Of a stretch of 64,000 nt of DNA, positions 22,297 through 32,079 are shown piece by piece. The DNA is from Nitrospirales bacterium (GTDB taxonomy: Bacteria > Nitrospirota > Nitrospiria > Nitrospirales > UBA8639), in contig CBDCWC010000002.1 of the NCBI GenBank assembly GCA_965223295.1, positions 1,568,001-1,632,000 of the forward strand, in the 5' to 3' direction. Numbering within the stretch: position 1 is the stretch's first letter; each line of letters begins with the position of its first letter. The notes under the pieces are model-generated. The model ran no database searches and had not been told where the DNA came from. It worked only from the letters and a program-made list of their open reading frames with translations. The translations under genes and the position numbers were made by a program.

Positions 22297-23425
22297 AACT
22301 CAGCTTCTCCTTTTCAACAAGGGGAATGGAAATTTCCACCCTCGTACCAGCTTTCGGCTTGGACATCCACCGAACCTCTCCCCCCAACATGCGCGCACGT
22401 TCCTTCATACTTCTCACACCAAAATGATCCCACTTTTCTTGATTCTGGGATTCTTTCTCGACATCAAACCCCTGTCCATTATCTGCAACCTTGGCCTCCA
22501 AAAGGCCTTTCTTGAGGGTCAGGGAAACGTCTACCTTGGTGGCCTTCGCATGCTTGGCAACATTACTTAAAGCTTCCTGTACCATGCGAAAAACAAAGAC
22601 TTTGGCTTTAGGATCAAGCTGCGACTCATCTCCTTTGCCCTCAAAGACGGTGTGAATCCGATGCTCCCGCTTATACGAGGTCAAATAATTCGACAAAGCG
22701 GGAATAAGTGCCAGGTGATCATATTGTCCCGGCCGAAGGTTATACACCACTTCACGCGCTTCTTGTATCGCATGTTTCAATTGGCCTTTAGTTTGATTCA
22801 ACATCATCAAACCTTTACTGGGATCCTCCGAGACAAGTTCCTGCACACGTTCCATTTTGAGGTTCACACCGACCAGAGTTTGCACCAACCCATCATGAAT
22901 TTCGCAGGCGATACGCGTCCGTTCTTCATCCACAGCTCCTTCCGCCTCTTCTTTCACATACAAGCGAAAGAGCGATTGATAGCGAGTGAGCGTGCTTTCA
23001 ATCTCGGCTGAAGCACGAATCCGCGCCTCGATAAGTTGCCACATAAATTTGGCACTCTGCCCGCCGACTAATGTTAAATGCGGAGCTTGTACCTCCAAGA
23101 GTTTCTGCTCAACTTCAGGATCGCCTGTCACGTCAATGACTAAATCAACATTCTTGATTTTTAAGAGGTTTTGATAACGGCGGACAATAGGTACTCCAAG
23201 CTTTTTCGCAAGGCGAAGGCCCTTCGTCATCGGCCGAGTTTCAGCCACACCAACCACCGTGACCAATGGGTCTTCCGCAAAAATTTCCATGAGTGCCGTA
23301 CCCCCATGACCTGCTCCAATGATCGCCACGCGGCTTGCATTGATCCCTTTTGCAGTAGGACTGGTAGACGGCTTACGAGAAATAGAAGTACGTTTGGCGG
23401 ATTTTGAGGATTTGAGAGTCGGCAT
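22280..23425 (-). CDS. Soluble HisKA_3 sensor kinase with N-terminal Rossmann-like domain
   Basis: VAIIGAGHGG; ERTRIACEIHDGLVQ; EALSNVAKHA; DNGQGF; overlaps the regulator gene. Confidence 0.9.
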   Translation of the reverse strand: MPTLKSSKSAKRTSISRKPSTSPTAKGINASRVAIIGAGHGGTALMEIFAEDPLVTVVGVAETRPMTKGLRLAKKLGVPIVRRYQNLLKIKNVDLVIDVTGDPEVEQKLLEVQAPHLTLVGGQSAKFMWQLIEARIRASAEIESTLTRYQSLFRLYVKEEAEGAVDEERTRIACEIHDGLVQTLVGVNLKMERVQELVSEDPSKGLMMLNQTKGQLKHAIQEAREVVYNLRPGQYDHLALIPALSNYLTSYKREHRIHTVFEGKGDESQLDPKAKVFVFRMVQEALSNVAKHAKATKVDVSLTLKKGLLEAKVADNGQGFDVEKESQNQEKWDHFGVRSMKERARMLGGEVRWMSKPKAGTRVEISIPLVEKEKLSYAKKN

Positions 23426-23569
23426 CAGACCACAGGCATAATGGTAAGCTTTTGGGAAGAATCATTGGAAGAGAAAAATTGTTCTTTTTCAATGTTCCCG
23501 AAAAGTACAAAATTGGTTATCTGAACTGCGATGTCATCTCTCAAAAGTTGCAGGAAGACATACTCCCTA

Positions 23570-24034
23570 CTAGGAACGCCCGGCATCATGCGTTAAGGCG
23601 CGAATCGTATCCATAAATTGGTCAATGTCTTTGAATTCACGATAGACCGAAGCAAACCGCACATAAGCCACTGGATCCAGCTCTTGCAAGGCCCGCATGA
23701 CTTCTTCTCCAACTGCTCGACTGGGCACTTCGGTTTCCCCACGGTCTTGAATGCGTTTTTCTATCCGATCTGTTGCCGCTCCCAACGCTCCGATACTGAC
23801 CGGCCGTTTTTCACAGGCCTTCTTCAGACCGGCGAGAATCTTGGCTCGGTCAAACGGCTCCCGCCGGTTATCTTTCTTAACGACCATGGGCAGGTTTTCT
23901 TCAATACGTTCATACGTGGTAAACCGTCGTTTACAGCCCAAACATTCACGGCGGCGGCGAATCACTTCTCCCTCCCGTGCCGTGCGCGAGTCAATCACTT
24001 TGTCTTCAAGCTTGTCACAGAACGGACATTTCAC
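23570..24034 (-). CDS. nrdR: Transcriptional repressor NrdR
   Basis: GTG start, then KCPFC...VIDSR...RRRRECLGC..RFTTYE; ATP cone; VAYVRFASVY. Confidence 0.96.
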   Translation of the reverse strand: MKCPFCDKLEDKVIDSRTAREGEVIRRRRECLGCKRRFTTYERIEENLPMVVKKDNRREPFDRAKILAGLKKACEKRPVSIGALGAATDRIEKRIQDRGETEVPSRAVGEEVMRALQELDPVAYVRFASVYREFKDIDQFMDTIRALTHDAGRS

Positions 24035-24074
24035 GGAAGGGCGTCCTTGGGTTGGAAGAGGTCGTGGGGAAAGA

Positions 24075-25337
24075 TTAGTATGGATGAAAGATAGGAAAGC
24101 GGGCACACAAGTTTTTGACTTCTCGCAGAATCCGTTTGTGAAGGGCAGCATCTTGGGCATGCTGGATAATCTCATCCATCCATGACACGATCTGTTCCAT
24201 CTCGGCTTGCTGCATCCCACGCGTCGAAACGGTGGGGGTGCCAATGCGAATCCCACTGGCTACCGCGGGTGGTTTCTCATCAAAAGGCACGGCATTTTTA
24301 TTGACCACGATACCCGAAGCATTTAACGCGGCTTCGGCCTCTTTTCCTGTGACATTTTTCGAGTGTAAATTTAACAGAAAAAGATGATTTTCAGTGCCGC
24401 CAGACACTACTTGATAGCCACGCCGCGCAAACCCCTCCGCTAACACCTTCGCATTAGCCAACACCTGCTTTTGATAGGTCGTAAAACCAGGAGCAAGGGC
24501 TTCCTTAAAAGCTACGGCCTTAGCCGCAATCACATGCATCAACGGACCACCCTGGATGCCGGGAAAAATCATTTTATCGACAGCCTTGGCATGTTCCTCT
24601 TTACACATGATCATACCCGAGCGTGGACCGCGTAACGTCTTATGCGTGGTCGTCGTCACAAAGTCGGCATAGGGAACAGGGCTTGGATGAAGCCCCGCAG
24701 CGACAAGACCCGCAATATGAGCAATATCGACGAGTAAATAGGCGCCAACAGATTTCGCGATGGCTTGAAAGCGCGGGAAATCCAGAATTTTAGCATAGGC
24801 GCTTGCCCCAACCACTAACATCCGTGGCCGAACTTCTTTGGCTTGCTTTTCAACCGCGTCATAATCAATGGCTTCGGTTTTCCGATCGACACCATAGGTA
24901 AAGGATTGGAAAATTTTTCCCGAAAAATTGACTCGACTGCCATGAGTCAGATGCCCTCCATGGGCCAAATCCATTCCCATGATGGTGTCCCCGGTTTTCA
25001 GCACAGCCAGATAGACAGCCATATTGGCTTGGGACCCTGAATGAGGTTGAACATTCACATGTTCACACCCAAAAAGTTCTTTGGCCCGAGCCATAGCCAA
25101 TTCTTCAACAACATCCACATGCTGGCAACCGCCGTAATACCGTCTTCGAGGATAACCTTCCGCATATTTATTGGTCATTAAGCAGCCTTGAGCACCTAAC
25201 ACCGCAGGGCTAGCATAGTTTTCTGATGCAATCAACACCAAATTTTCCCGTTGCCGCTTTTCTTCAGAACGAATAGCGGCATAGACCTCATAATCCGTAT
25301 CGCGAATGGCTTTCAATGTACCGACTGAATGACGCAT
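24075..25337 (-). CDS. glyA: Serine hydroxymethyltransferase
   Basis: [21 protein letters not shown] and [11 protein letters not shown] motifs. Confidence 0.98.
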   Translation of the reverse strand: MRHSVGTLKAIRDTDYEVYAAIRSEEKRQRENLVLIASENYASPAVLGAQGCLMTNKYAEGYPRRRYYGGCQHVDVVEELAMARAKELFGCEHVNVQPHSGSQANMAVYLAVLKTGDTIMGMDLAHGGHLTHGSRVNFSGKIFQSFTYGVDRKTEAIDYDAVEKQAKEVRPRMLVVGASAYAKILDFPRFQAIAKSVGAYLLVDIAHIAGLVAAGLHPSPVPYADFVTTTTHKTLRGPRSGMIMCKEEHAKAVDKMIFPGIQGGPLMHVIAAKAVAFKEALAPGFTTYQKQVLANAKVLAEGFARRGYQVVSGGTENHLFLLNLHSKNVTGKEAEAALNASGIVVNKNAVPFDEKPPAVASGIRIGTPTVSTRGMQQAEMEQIVSWMDEIIQHAQDAALHKRILREVKNLCARFPIFHPY

Positions 25338-25340
25338 ACG

Positions 25341-25871
25341 TTATGCCGTTTCGGTAGACTCAACAGTTGCTTCTTCGCTGCCCACTGCCTCATTGGAGTC
25401 AATTTCTCCGGCCTCCGGCTCATCACCACCTTTTTTCGACAAGGTGACTTCAATCTTTGCTATAACATCCCGATGAAGTTTGATCGGAACAGGAAATGTC
25501 CCAAGTTCTTTCAAGGGATGGGGCAACTGGATCTTACGGCGATCAACTGTCATGCCCTGCTCAGCTAATTGCTCGGCAATATCTTTTGACGTGACAGAAC
25601 CGAACAATTTATCGTCCTTACCGGTCTGAACTTCAAAAGTCAGTGCAACCTTGGAGATTTGCTTGCCAATATCCCCTAACGCCTCTAACTCTTTTTTGGC
25701 TTTCTGATCGATTTGGCGTTTAAGATGTTGTAATAATTTGACTTGGCGATCTTCCGCCAGCACAGCTTTTTTCCTGGGCAATAAGAAATTCCTGGCATAG
25801 CCGTCCGCAACGGTTAAAACATCACCCAAATACCCTAAACCCTCGACATTTTCCTGCAAAATCACCTTCAT
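25341..25871 (-). CDS. rplI: 50S ribosomal protein L9
   Basis: MKVIL...GYARNFLLP; KLFGSVTSKDI. Confidence 0.97.
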   Translation of the reverse strand: MKVILQENVEGLGYLGDVLTVADGYARNFLLPRKKAVLAEDRQVKLLQHLKRQIDQKAKKELEALGDIGKQISKVALTFEVQTGKDDKLFGSVTSKDIAEQLAEQGMTVDRRKIQLPHPLKELGTFPVPIKLHRDVIAKIEVTLSKKGGDEPEAGEIDSNEAVGSEEATVESTETA

Positions 25872-25906
25872 AAATATCTCTCCTTAGCCTGGCAAATAAG
25901 GGAAAC

Positions 25907-25935
25907 ATCTTAAGGCTGGGGTTCGAAAATGTCAA
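25907..25935 (-). promoter_or_regulatory. Putative sigma70 promoter for rplI-glyA-nrdR
   Basis: TTGACA-17 nt-TAAGAT on the minus strand. Confidence 0.6.
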
Positions 25936-26118
25936 TTGAATGGCCTAGTTGCTTCGACAAGAGCCTTGTGACGGGGAAGCCGAGTCACTGAGAAGATCAA
26001 GACCTGAATATGTCAAGAACTTCAAGCATTTCCAGGAAAGTCTTCCAATCAAGTATACTGGGATGACTGTAAAAAACTTTTAGATATTTACACGTATAAA
26101 CATAGAGGCCAACACTTT

Positions 26119-26613
26119 GTGAAGTCCTTCATTTCCATCCACTTAACCGTGAAGTTATGTCTGATTGTATTGTTGGTCATGATCCCCGTTCAGACCACAG
26201 CCGAAGAGAGTGATCAGGAAAATTTTCGGGAGACCGAATCGTTCGCTGCCAATTTGAATCTTCGATTGAGCAATCGACCGCTCACACCTCCAGACAACTT
26301 GATTGCCCAAGCCATCCCGCTTAAAGGTCTCATGGTTGCCCAAGCTTTTGTGGCCCCATCACCGCAAGCTGTGATTTTTGAAGATGACCAGCGACAGCGT
26401 ATCGCGGTACTTTCCCAGGACGAGGCTGAGCACCTCATACTCTTTCTTCTTGAACCACTTTCACTTGATCCCGCGCTACCCGGGCTGCTTCAATGTGCTG
26501 ACCATCGAAATTGCCAGACTGACCGAACGCCGATGACGGGAGGCCTGGGATGTTTGGCCTTTTGTCTTAAAGAAATTCTTGAATCTGCTATGACGAGTCC
26601 AACATTTCAGTAA
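26119..26613 (+). CDS. Hypothetical exported protein (four C-terminal Cys)
   Basis: Signal-like N-terminus; ends 4 nt before the next gene. Confidence 0.6.
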   Translation: MKSFISIHLTVKLCLIVLLVMIPVQTTAEESDQENFRETESFAANLNLRLSNRPLTPPDNLIAQAIPLKGLMVAQAFVAPSPQAVIFEDDQRQRIAVLSQDEAEHLILFLLEPLSLDPALPGLLQCADHRNCQTDRTPMTGGLGCLAFCLKEILESAMTSPTFQ

Positions 26614-26617
26614 CTTC

Positions 26618-28120
26618 ATGAAACTAGACGAACTTCTACAGCATTCATCTACTCAACTGTTGAACGAACGAGAAGCTGCGATGAGCCAAGGGTTGGATGC
26701 GCCCTTAGAGATTCCACAGGCTAGGCATATCGGCAAGGCGGGGGCACTCCATATCTACAGTTGCCAGGTTTTGCCTGGGAGCAAGATGGTCGCTGATGTC
26801 CCCATGACACTGTTACCCGGAAACGAAATGGAAGCGACTGAAGGGTTTATCCTTGGCTGGATGAATGAATCACTGCTCATTCAAACCTTTGACCATGTGG
26901 GACAAACACTGAAACACGGCACCCTTATTCCAGACACTTCAGGGTTTTTGGAAACTGGGGCCGCCCGGCTTGCTGACATGGCCACTAGACCCGACTCCTT
27001 TACGCTTGGCCCGGCTGAACGCCTTGTCCCCTGGCTTCACCCTGCCCCAACATTAGAAACCTCTCAAGCACGGGAAAATGTTCCTAGCACGATCCTAGTC
27101 ACCATTTGGGAAGATGATCATGCAACTCGATGGACCAAATTGACTACTCTTATCGTAGAACAGATTCGTAAGAATAAACGTATCCTCCTAGTTGCACCGG
27201 ACCATGAAACCGTTGACGCCTTAACAGGTGAGACGGCACGCGCATTAAAACTCGCAGCCCTGCCCCATCGCAGTCTGCTTTGTCGTTATGAACTCACGCT
27301 CACGAAAGATGCTGCGACGATGCCCATAGATGAACTGGGTTTCGAAGCCCAAATGTATCATTTTTATGCCAAAGCCAACGCAAACAAGATCGCCTTGCGC
27401 AAGAAATATGATCGCTTTCGCGAGCTCACGCCAATCTTGGCATATAAACGAGACAAGCAAAAAGATCTTAACGAGGTGAAACTCTTGGAATGGCGTCTGC
27501 TTACTCAGCTCAGTGATTGGCAAAGCAAAGTCAAGGGAATTGATAAGGTTTTGGCAGACTATGAACAATTGCCAATTTGGAAACGCATGAGCATGCAGTT
27601 GGCCGGAAAAAACGTAGAAACTCTGGCCGAATATCGAATCATCTATGAAGGGAAAATCCATGGACTCATGAAAGAAGTTGAAGTGGCACAAGCACGGATC
27701 AAAGAACTCATTCCGGAAGCTACGATTCCAAAAGATTTGCGGCCGGAATACGATGAGCTCAAAGAAGAAATCAAACGGCTGGGCGGCACCAAAAAAATTC
27801 GGGAAATGCTAAGTGCAGGCGAAGGCACGAACCGGCAGGCCTTTGCTCAAAACAAACGGATCATGGCCACGACTCCCGGTCGCCTCTTGACTGATCCTCT
27901 GTTCCGAAAAGTTCCCTATGATCTTCTTATTGTGGAAAACGCCCCACAAGTCCCAACCCCGTTACTCCTGGCTGCAAGCGGCCTGATTCGTGAACGCATC
28001 ATTTTGAGCGGCAACATAAATGATCTGACTCAAGCCTCACACCCACCCCAAACTTGTTGGCCCAGCGAATTCCTCACCACCACCACTCAGCCCTCGACCC
28101 CGCCTACCCCCGTCGGATAA
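26618..28120 (+). CDS. Degenerate SF1 (Upf1/Dna2-like) helicase domain with coiled-coil insertion
   Basis: RILLVAPDHETVD (motif Ia-like), YDLLIVENAPQV (Walker B-like), IILSGNINDL (motif III-like); no GKT. Confidence 0.65.
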   Translation: MKLDELLQHSSTQLLNEREAAMSQGLDAPLEIPQARHIGKAGALHIYSCQVLPGSKMVADVPMTLLPGNEMEATEGFILGWMNESLLIQTFDHVGQTLKHGTLIPDTSGFLETGAARLADMATRPDSFTLGPAERLVPWLHPAPTLETSQARENVPSTILVTIWEDDHATRWTKLTTLIVEQIRKNKRILLVAPDHETVDALTGETARALKLAALPHRSLLCRYELTLTKDAATMPIDELGFEAQMYHFYAKANANKIALRKKYDRFRELTPILAYKRDKQKDLNEVKLLEWRLLTQLSDWQSKVKGIDKVLADYEQLPIWKRMSMQLAGKNVETLAEYRIIYEGKIHGLMKEVEVAQARIKELIPEATIPKDLRPEYDELKEEIKRLGGTKKIREMLSAGEGTNRQAFAQNKRIMATTPGRLLTDPLFRKVPYDLLIVENAPQVPTPLLLAASGLIRERIILSGNINDLTQASHPPQTCWPSEFLTTTTQPSTPPTPVG

Positions 28121-28139
28121 AAAGGCACACCTAGTACTA

Positions 28140-28183
28140 TTAGGGGTCAGACTCGAATTAATTAATTCGAGTCTGACCCCTAA
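28140..28183. repeat. Perfect 44-bp palindrome
   Basis: TTAGGGGTCAGACTCGAATTAATTAATTCGAGTCTGACCCCTAA equals its own reverse complement. Confidence 0.95.
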
Positions 28184-28192
28184 ATATTTAGC

Positions 28193-28221
28193 TTGACCAC
28201 TTTTTATGAAAAGACGATAAT
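28193..28221 (+). promoter_or_regulatory. Sigma70 promoter for tRNA-Leu
   Basis: TTGACC-17 nt-GATAAT, ending 11 nt before the tRNA. Confidence 0.65.
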
Positions 28222-28232
28222 CCAATTCACGT

Positions 28233-28318
28233 GCCGAAGTGGCGGAACGGCAGACGCACCAGATTCAGGGTCTGGCGCCCTCCGGGGTGTGTGGGTTCAA
28301 ATCCCACCTTCGGCACCA
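28233..28318 (+). tRNA. tRNA-Leu(CAG)
   Basis: Acceptor stem GCCGAAG/CTTCGGC plus ACCA; anticodon arm CCAGA-TTCAGGG-TCTGG; long variable arm; GGTTCAAAT T-loop. Confidence 0.97.
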
Positions 28319-28372
28319 TTCTCTCGTCTCACCACAATAGAACAGCTTCCTTTTATATACCATAGAACAAAA

Positions 28373-29527
28373 CTAGACCAAATCAAAAGTAGCAGGGAAA
28401 TGACCTGGTCGGATTTGTCGTTGCGCCGCCGCTGTTCCAAGTAACGCCAGTTTATCCATGTTTTTTGGCTTATCCATTTTTTGAAGCCCTTTCACTTCAT
28501 GGGCATTAAGATCCACGGCTAAATTATCCTTTAACCACTCACGATCCAAGACCACATTATAACGAAGATACGAAAACAACTCTTTCCCACCTAGCACATC
28601 CCCACTCAGATCTCCAACTTCTCGATCAACCTCCCAGGCCATGGGACTACGAGACATCCATTGCAACATGGTTTGATTCATCGCATCGCAATCATTCATC
28701 AAAGACTTCAGAGCTTGGAGTGAAACTCTGGCCGAAGACATACCCATGACCTCACTCGCCGACATTCGGATTTCCTGTGCCCCCGTGCCAACAGATACCA
28801 GCAAGAGCTGATCAGCACCCACAGGCCATTTCAAACCGAACCCTTCAGTGGTTGCCATCAGCACCAATTGTAAAGCCGGATTATTGTGTGGACTCACGCC
28901 ACCATCCACAAACGCACCTTCCACACCTTTCCCAATTCGCAAGCGCTCTGGATTAAAATAATGTGGGGCTGCCGTACTGGCTCGCACAATTTCACGGAGC
29001 AGAAAATCCTTATTGGGCGAAGCTCTTCCTTTTTGGGATGCAGGATTGAAATATCGTCCCTTGGGGTTATTCATGAGCGGCCAAGGACTTCCTGAATCTA
29101 AGCGCTTCGTCATGATCATCAGTCCGGTTTGCAGATCGTCGCTCCCTAAGGTGCGGTCTCCAAACTGTTCGGTGAGCGCCTTCATGAGCGGGGTGCGGGG
29201 GAACTTGGCCTGAAAGATTCCTCTACGCCATATTGATTTCCGAAATACTTGCTCAGACAGTTCGTGATATAAGATTTCTAGCTTTTCCACGGTCCAACCT
29301 AAAGCTAGTCCTGTCGCGATAATGGATCCAGTTGAGGTCCCTCCAATCAGGTCAAAATACTGGCACAGACGAAAATGAGGATCATTCCCAGTCCGTTCGC
29401 ATAAGATCTTTTCTATCCGCTTCAAATACTGCAGTGTCAACATTCCGCGAACCCCGCCCCCATCCAAGGCCAACAGCCGTTTGGGACCGGGTGCAAATAA
29501 ATGTTGGTCACGAGTATGAGTGATCAT
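28373..29527 (-). CDS. Patatin-like phospholipase
   Basis: DGGGVRG, GTSTG, ASTAAPHYF and DGG motifs. Confidence 0.93.
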   Translation of the reverse strand: MITHTRDQHLFAPGPKRLLALDGGGVRGMLTLQYLKRIEKILCERTGNDPHFRLCQYFDLIGGTSTGSIIATGLALGWTVEKLEILYHELSEQVFRKSIWRRGIFQAKFPRTPLMKALTEQFGDRTLGSDDLQTGLMIMTKRLDSGSPWPLMNNPKGRYFNPASQKGRASPNKDFLLREIVRASTAAPHYFNPERLRIGKGVEGAFVDGGVSPHNNPALQLVLMATTEGFGLKWPVGADQLLLVSVGTGAQEIRMSASEVMGMSSARVSLQALKSLMNDCDAMNQTMLQWMSRSPMAWEVDREVGDLSGDVLGGKELFSYLRYNVVLDREWLKDNLAVDLNAHEVKGLQKMDKPKNMDKLALLGTAAAQRQIRPGHFPATFDLV

Positions 29528-29549
29528 AGGATCTCCAACTCTTGATATA

Positions 29550-30158
29550 TTATTTCGGGAGGGTAAGAATTTCAGTCACAACAATACCGCGCATTCGAGC
29601 TTCATTTGCAAAATGCCACGTCAGATCTCGTTCGCCACGAGGATGACCATCCCAGGCTATGACAGCGTGCATGCTCTGGAAATCTTGAGAAACATGTGTG
29701 GCGCCTTTCCTGGACTGCTTGGCAGATTGCCCCTGCGCCGCATCCAAGATAGCATGATTCACCGCTTGATACCCTGCATGTCGATCTTCACCTGTCTTCA
29801 GAATCACAAGATCTCCGTTCTCTTGAGCGGCACTCACAACTCCATCAAATATCGCCCCCCAATTCCATTCGTTTGAGTTAGGACGATCAACCACCGACGT
29901 CACTCGAAACTGTTCGACAGCAGATGGCAAAATAATTCGATAGCACACTCTGAGATTCTGCGCCACTTTCAACGCAAGTAAATCTGCTCCACAGGCAGCC
30001 GAGGCAATCAACATGGAAAACTCATTTTTTATAAACAGAGCCGTAATCTGTTGATACACCCGATCAATTTGAGATACCGGAAACCGAGACAGACTCGAAT
30101 CAGGAGCATCAATCCGTCGCCCTGCAAATCCAATAATAGAAGCTGGTCTCTTTTGCAT
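29550..30158 (-). CDS. Hypothetical protein, SLOG/LOG-like Rossmann fold
   Basis: FAGRRID, SAACGADLL, IILP...F and AVIAWDG...T patterns. Confidence 0.6.
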   Translation of the reverse strand: MQKRPASIIGFAGRRIDAPDSSLSRFPVSQIDRVYQQITALFIKNEFSMLIASAACGADLLALKVAQNLRVCYRIILPSAVEQFRVTSVVDRPNSNEWNWGAIFDGVVSAAQENGDLVILKTGEDRHAGYQAVNHAILDAAQGQSAKQSRKGATHVSQDFQSMHAVIAWDGHPRGERDLTWHFANEARMRGIVVTEILTLPK

Positions 30159-30161
30159 GTA

Positions 30162-32078
30162 TCAACTTGAAAGATTAACGGGCTTTGATTCGTGAAACCC
30201 TAGTTTCATCCATAGTGGACATAACATCATCCCCAGGATCAGCAACACTGCGATCCAGATCGTTCGAGAAGGCATCCAAAATGGCGCCGGGCTGCCGACC
30301 ATCCATGAACCAATCCCCGTGAGTACACAAAAAATCGACAACGCCGCTAAGCCCATGGCCAATACCGCTTGCCAAAAACGTTGGGAACTGATTGGATGAT
30401 TTGGATGAATTTGCTCCTCAATCGGCCCCCAAAACCCAGGTGGTTGGGCTCGTTGAAAAAAATTTTCTAAACGATCCTGATCTTCTGGCCCCGTGGCTAG
30501 CGAGACTCCCACTCCGATTATCCCGGAACCCAGGCCCATAATCAGTAATCGCAGCTGCTCTTGCTCTGGAAAGCCCCACAACAACAATGGCGCCAGCACT
30601 AGTGATGTCATGATGCAGGCTAGTTCACCCCACGCCGTTATTCGCCACCAAATCCAGCGTAAGACAAGTAACATGCCCATTCCGGCTCCTAATAATAAAC
30701 TCACCTGCCAGGCCATTTGAATCGAGGACAACCATGGAAGAATACTGAGCGCTATCATGAGTATCAGCACATTACTCCCTCGCGCGACCCACACCAAAGC
30801 CTGACGAGAAGGTTCACGCTTGAGCCAACTCTGGCAAATGAAACGCCGGCAGACATCATTCGTCCAATAGGACGCACCCCAATTTAAATGAGTATCAACC
30901 GTCGAAGCCAACGCGGCTAACATACCAACCAGCATCAACCCTTTTAATCCAGCCGGCAACAATTCATCAATGCCTTGAATAAATGTAAACTCGCGCGTGG
31001 CTAGATCAATTGGTCCAGGCGGGGGCGGAAAAATGACCAGCAACCCAAGGGCCAAGGGCAACCAAATCAAGCTCCGTAGGAGAACTTGCAGCACGGTAAA
31101 CACCACAGCGGCCAATCGTGCATCATCATCCGTACGACATGCCATAGATCGTTGCGCTAAATACCCAGTCCCATCCGCATTCATTTGCAGCAACCACTGA
31201 CAGCCATAGACAAGCATGACCATCATGGTGACATCTTTTGCGCCGGAGGGTGTAAACGCAAGAATTTGCTCACCGGTTAGAGGGTAACCCGTATTCGCAG
31301 CGAACAACTCATGAATCTTTTGAGTTAGGACCGCCAGCCCGCCCACATGATCCACCACCACCCACGCAAACCCCAAACTGGCCACCAATCCAATTCCTAA
31401 CTGGACCAGATCCGTCTGCACGACACTGCGCAGTCCCCCCGTGGTGGAATACAACATCGTGACTAGCACAATCGCTCCAATGGATATCAAATTATTGGTG
31501 GAGCGAATCCAAATGGACTCTGTCTCTATTCCCCCGATTGCAAACGGCACTCCGGCCCATTGCACGCTTTGCACACAACTCTCAAAGAACACCACTGGGA
31601 GCCAGTGATCCCACAACAGAAATGGCTCCGCCAAACGTGTCGCCGCCAACAGCACCATGGCCAAGACCGTACAATTCACAATGGTGCCAAAATAGATGGC
31701 TTTCATGCCACGTAGTACGGCCGCCGCCCGGTGGCCATACCGCACTTCCGTTAATTCAGCATCGGTCAACACACCCACTCGACGCCAACTTGGGGCGAGC
31801 AAGAATCCCATGAGCAAAAACGCCAGCGCATAAATCCACAAACGCCAAAGCGCAAAAATACCTGCCGTCGCGACCAGACCGGTCACAAGCAATGGCGTAT
31901 CGGCGGCGAACTGCGTCGCTGCCATGCTTAAACCCGCTTTCCAACCGGAAAGACTTTTTCCTGCTAAGAAGTACTCTTCAAGATTTTCGGAAGCTCGCGT
32001 CCGTTCCCGCAATCCTGCATAGAGCGCATACAGAACAAACACGGCCAGAATGGCCCAATCAAGAACTTCCATATTCAA
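30162..32078 (-). CDS. Sodium:solute symporter family protein
   Basis: EYFLAGK, SMAATQF, GGLRSVVQTD and AALASTVDT motifs; many TM helices. Confidence 0.92.
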   Translation of the reverse strand: MNMEVLDWAILAVFVLYALYAGLRERTRASENLEEYFLAGKSLSGWKAGLSMAATQFAADTPLLVTGLVATAGIFALWRLWIYALAFLLMGFLLAPSWRRVGVLTDAELTEVRYGHRAAAVLRGMKAIYFGTIVNCTVLAMVLLAATRLAEPFLLWDHWLPVVFFESCVQSVQWAGVPFAIGGIETESIWIRSTNNLISIGAIVLVTMLYSTTGGLRSVVQTDLVQLGIGLVASLGFAWVVVDHVGGLAVLTQKIHELFAANTGYPLTGEQILAFTPSGAKDVTMMVMLVYGCQWLLQMNADGTGYLAQRSMACRTDDDARLAAVVFTVLQVLLRSLIWLPLALGLLVIFPPPPGPIDLATREFTFIQGIDELLPAGLKGLMLVGMLAALASTVDTHLNWGASYWTNDVCRRFICQSWLKREPSRQALVWVARGSNVLILMIALSILPWLSSIQMAWQVSLLLGAGMGMLLVLRWIWWRITAWGELACIMTSLVLAPLLLWGFPEQEQLRLLIMGLGSGIIGVGVSLATGPEDQDRLENFFQRAQPPGFWGPIEEQIHPNHPISSQRFWQAVLAMGLAALSIFCVLTGIGSWMVGSPAPFWMPSRTIWIAVLLILGMMLCPLWMKLGFHESKPVNLSS

Positions 32079-32079
32079 C

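Noticed and set aside
24035-24256. N-terminal extension of NrdR in the ORF track
   Set aside because: It overlaps glyA; the conserved protein starts at GTG 24034.
28290-28318. Prophage or ICE integrated at tRNA-Leu
   Set aside because: No integrase and no duplicated tRNA 3' end found in the window.
28193-28444. 83-aa ORF
   Set aside because: It overlies tRNA-Leu and its promoter.
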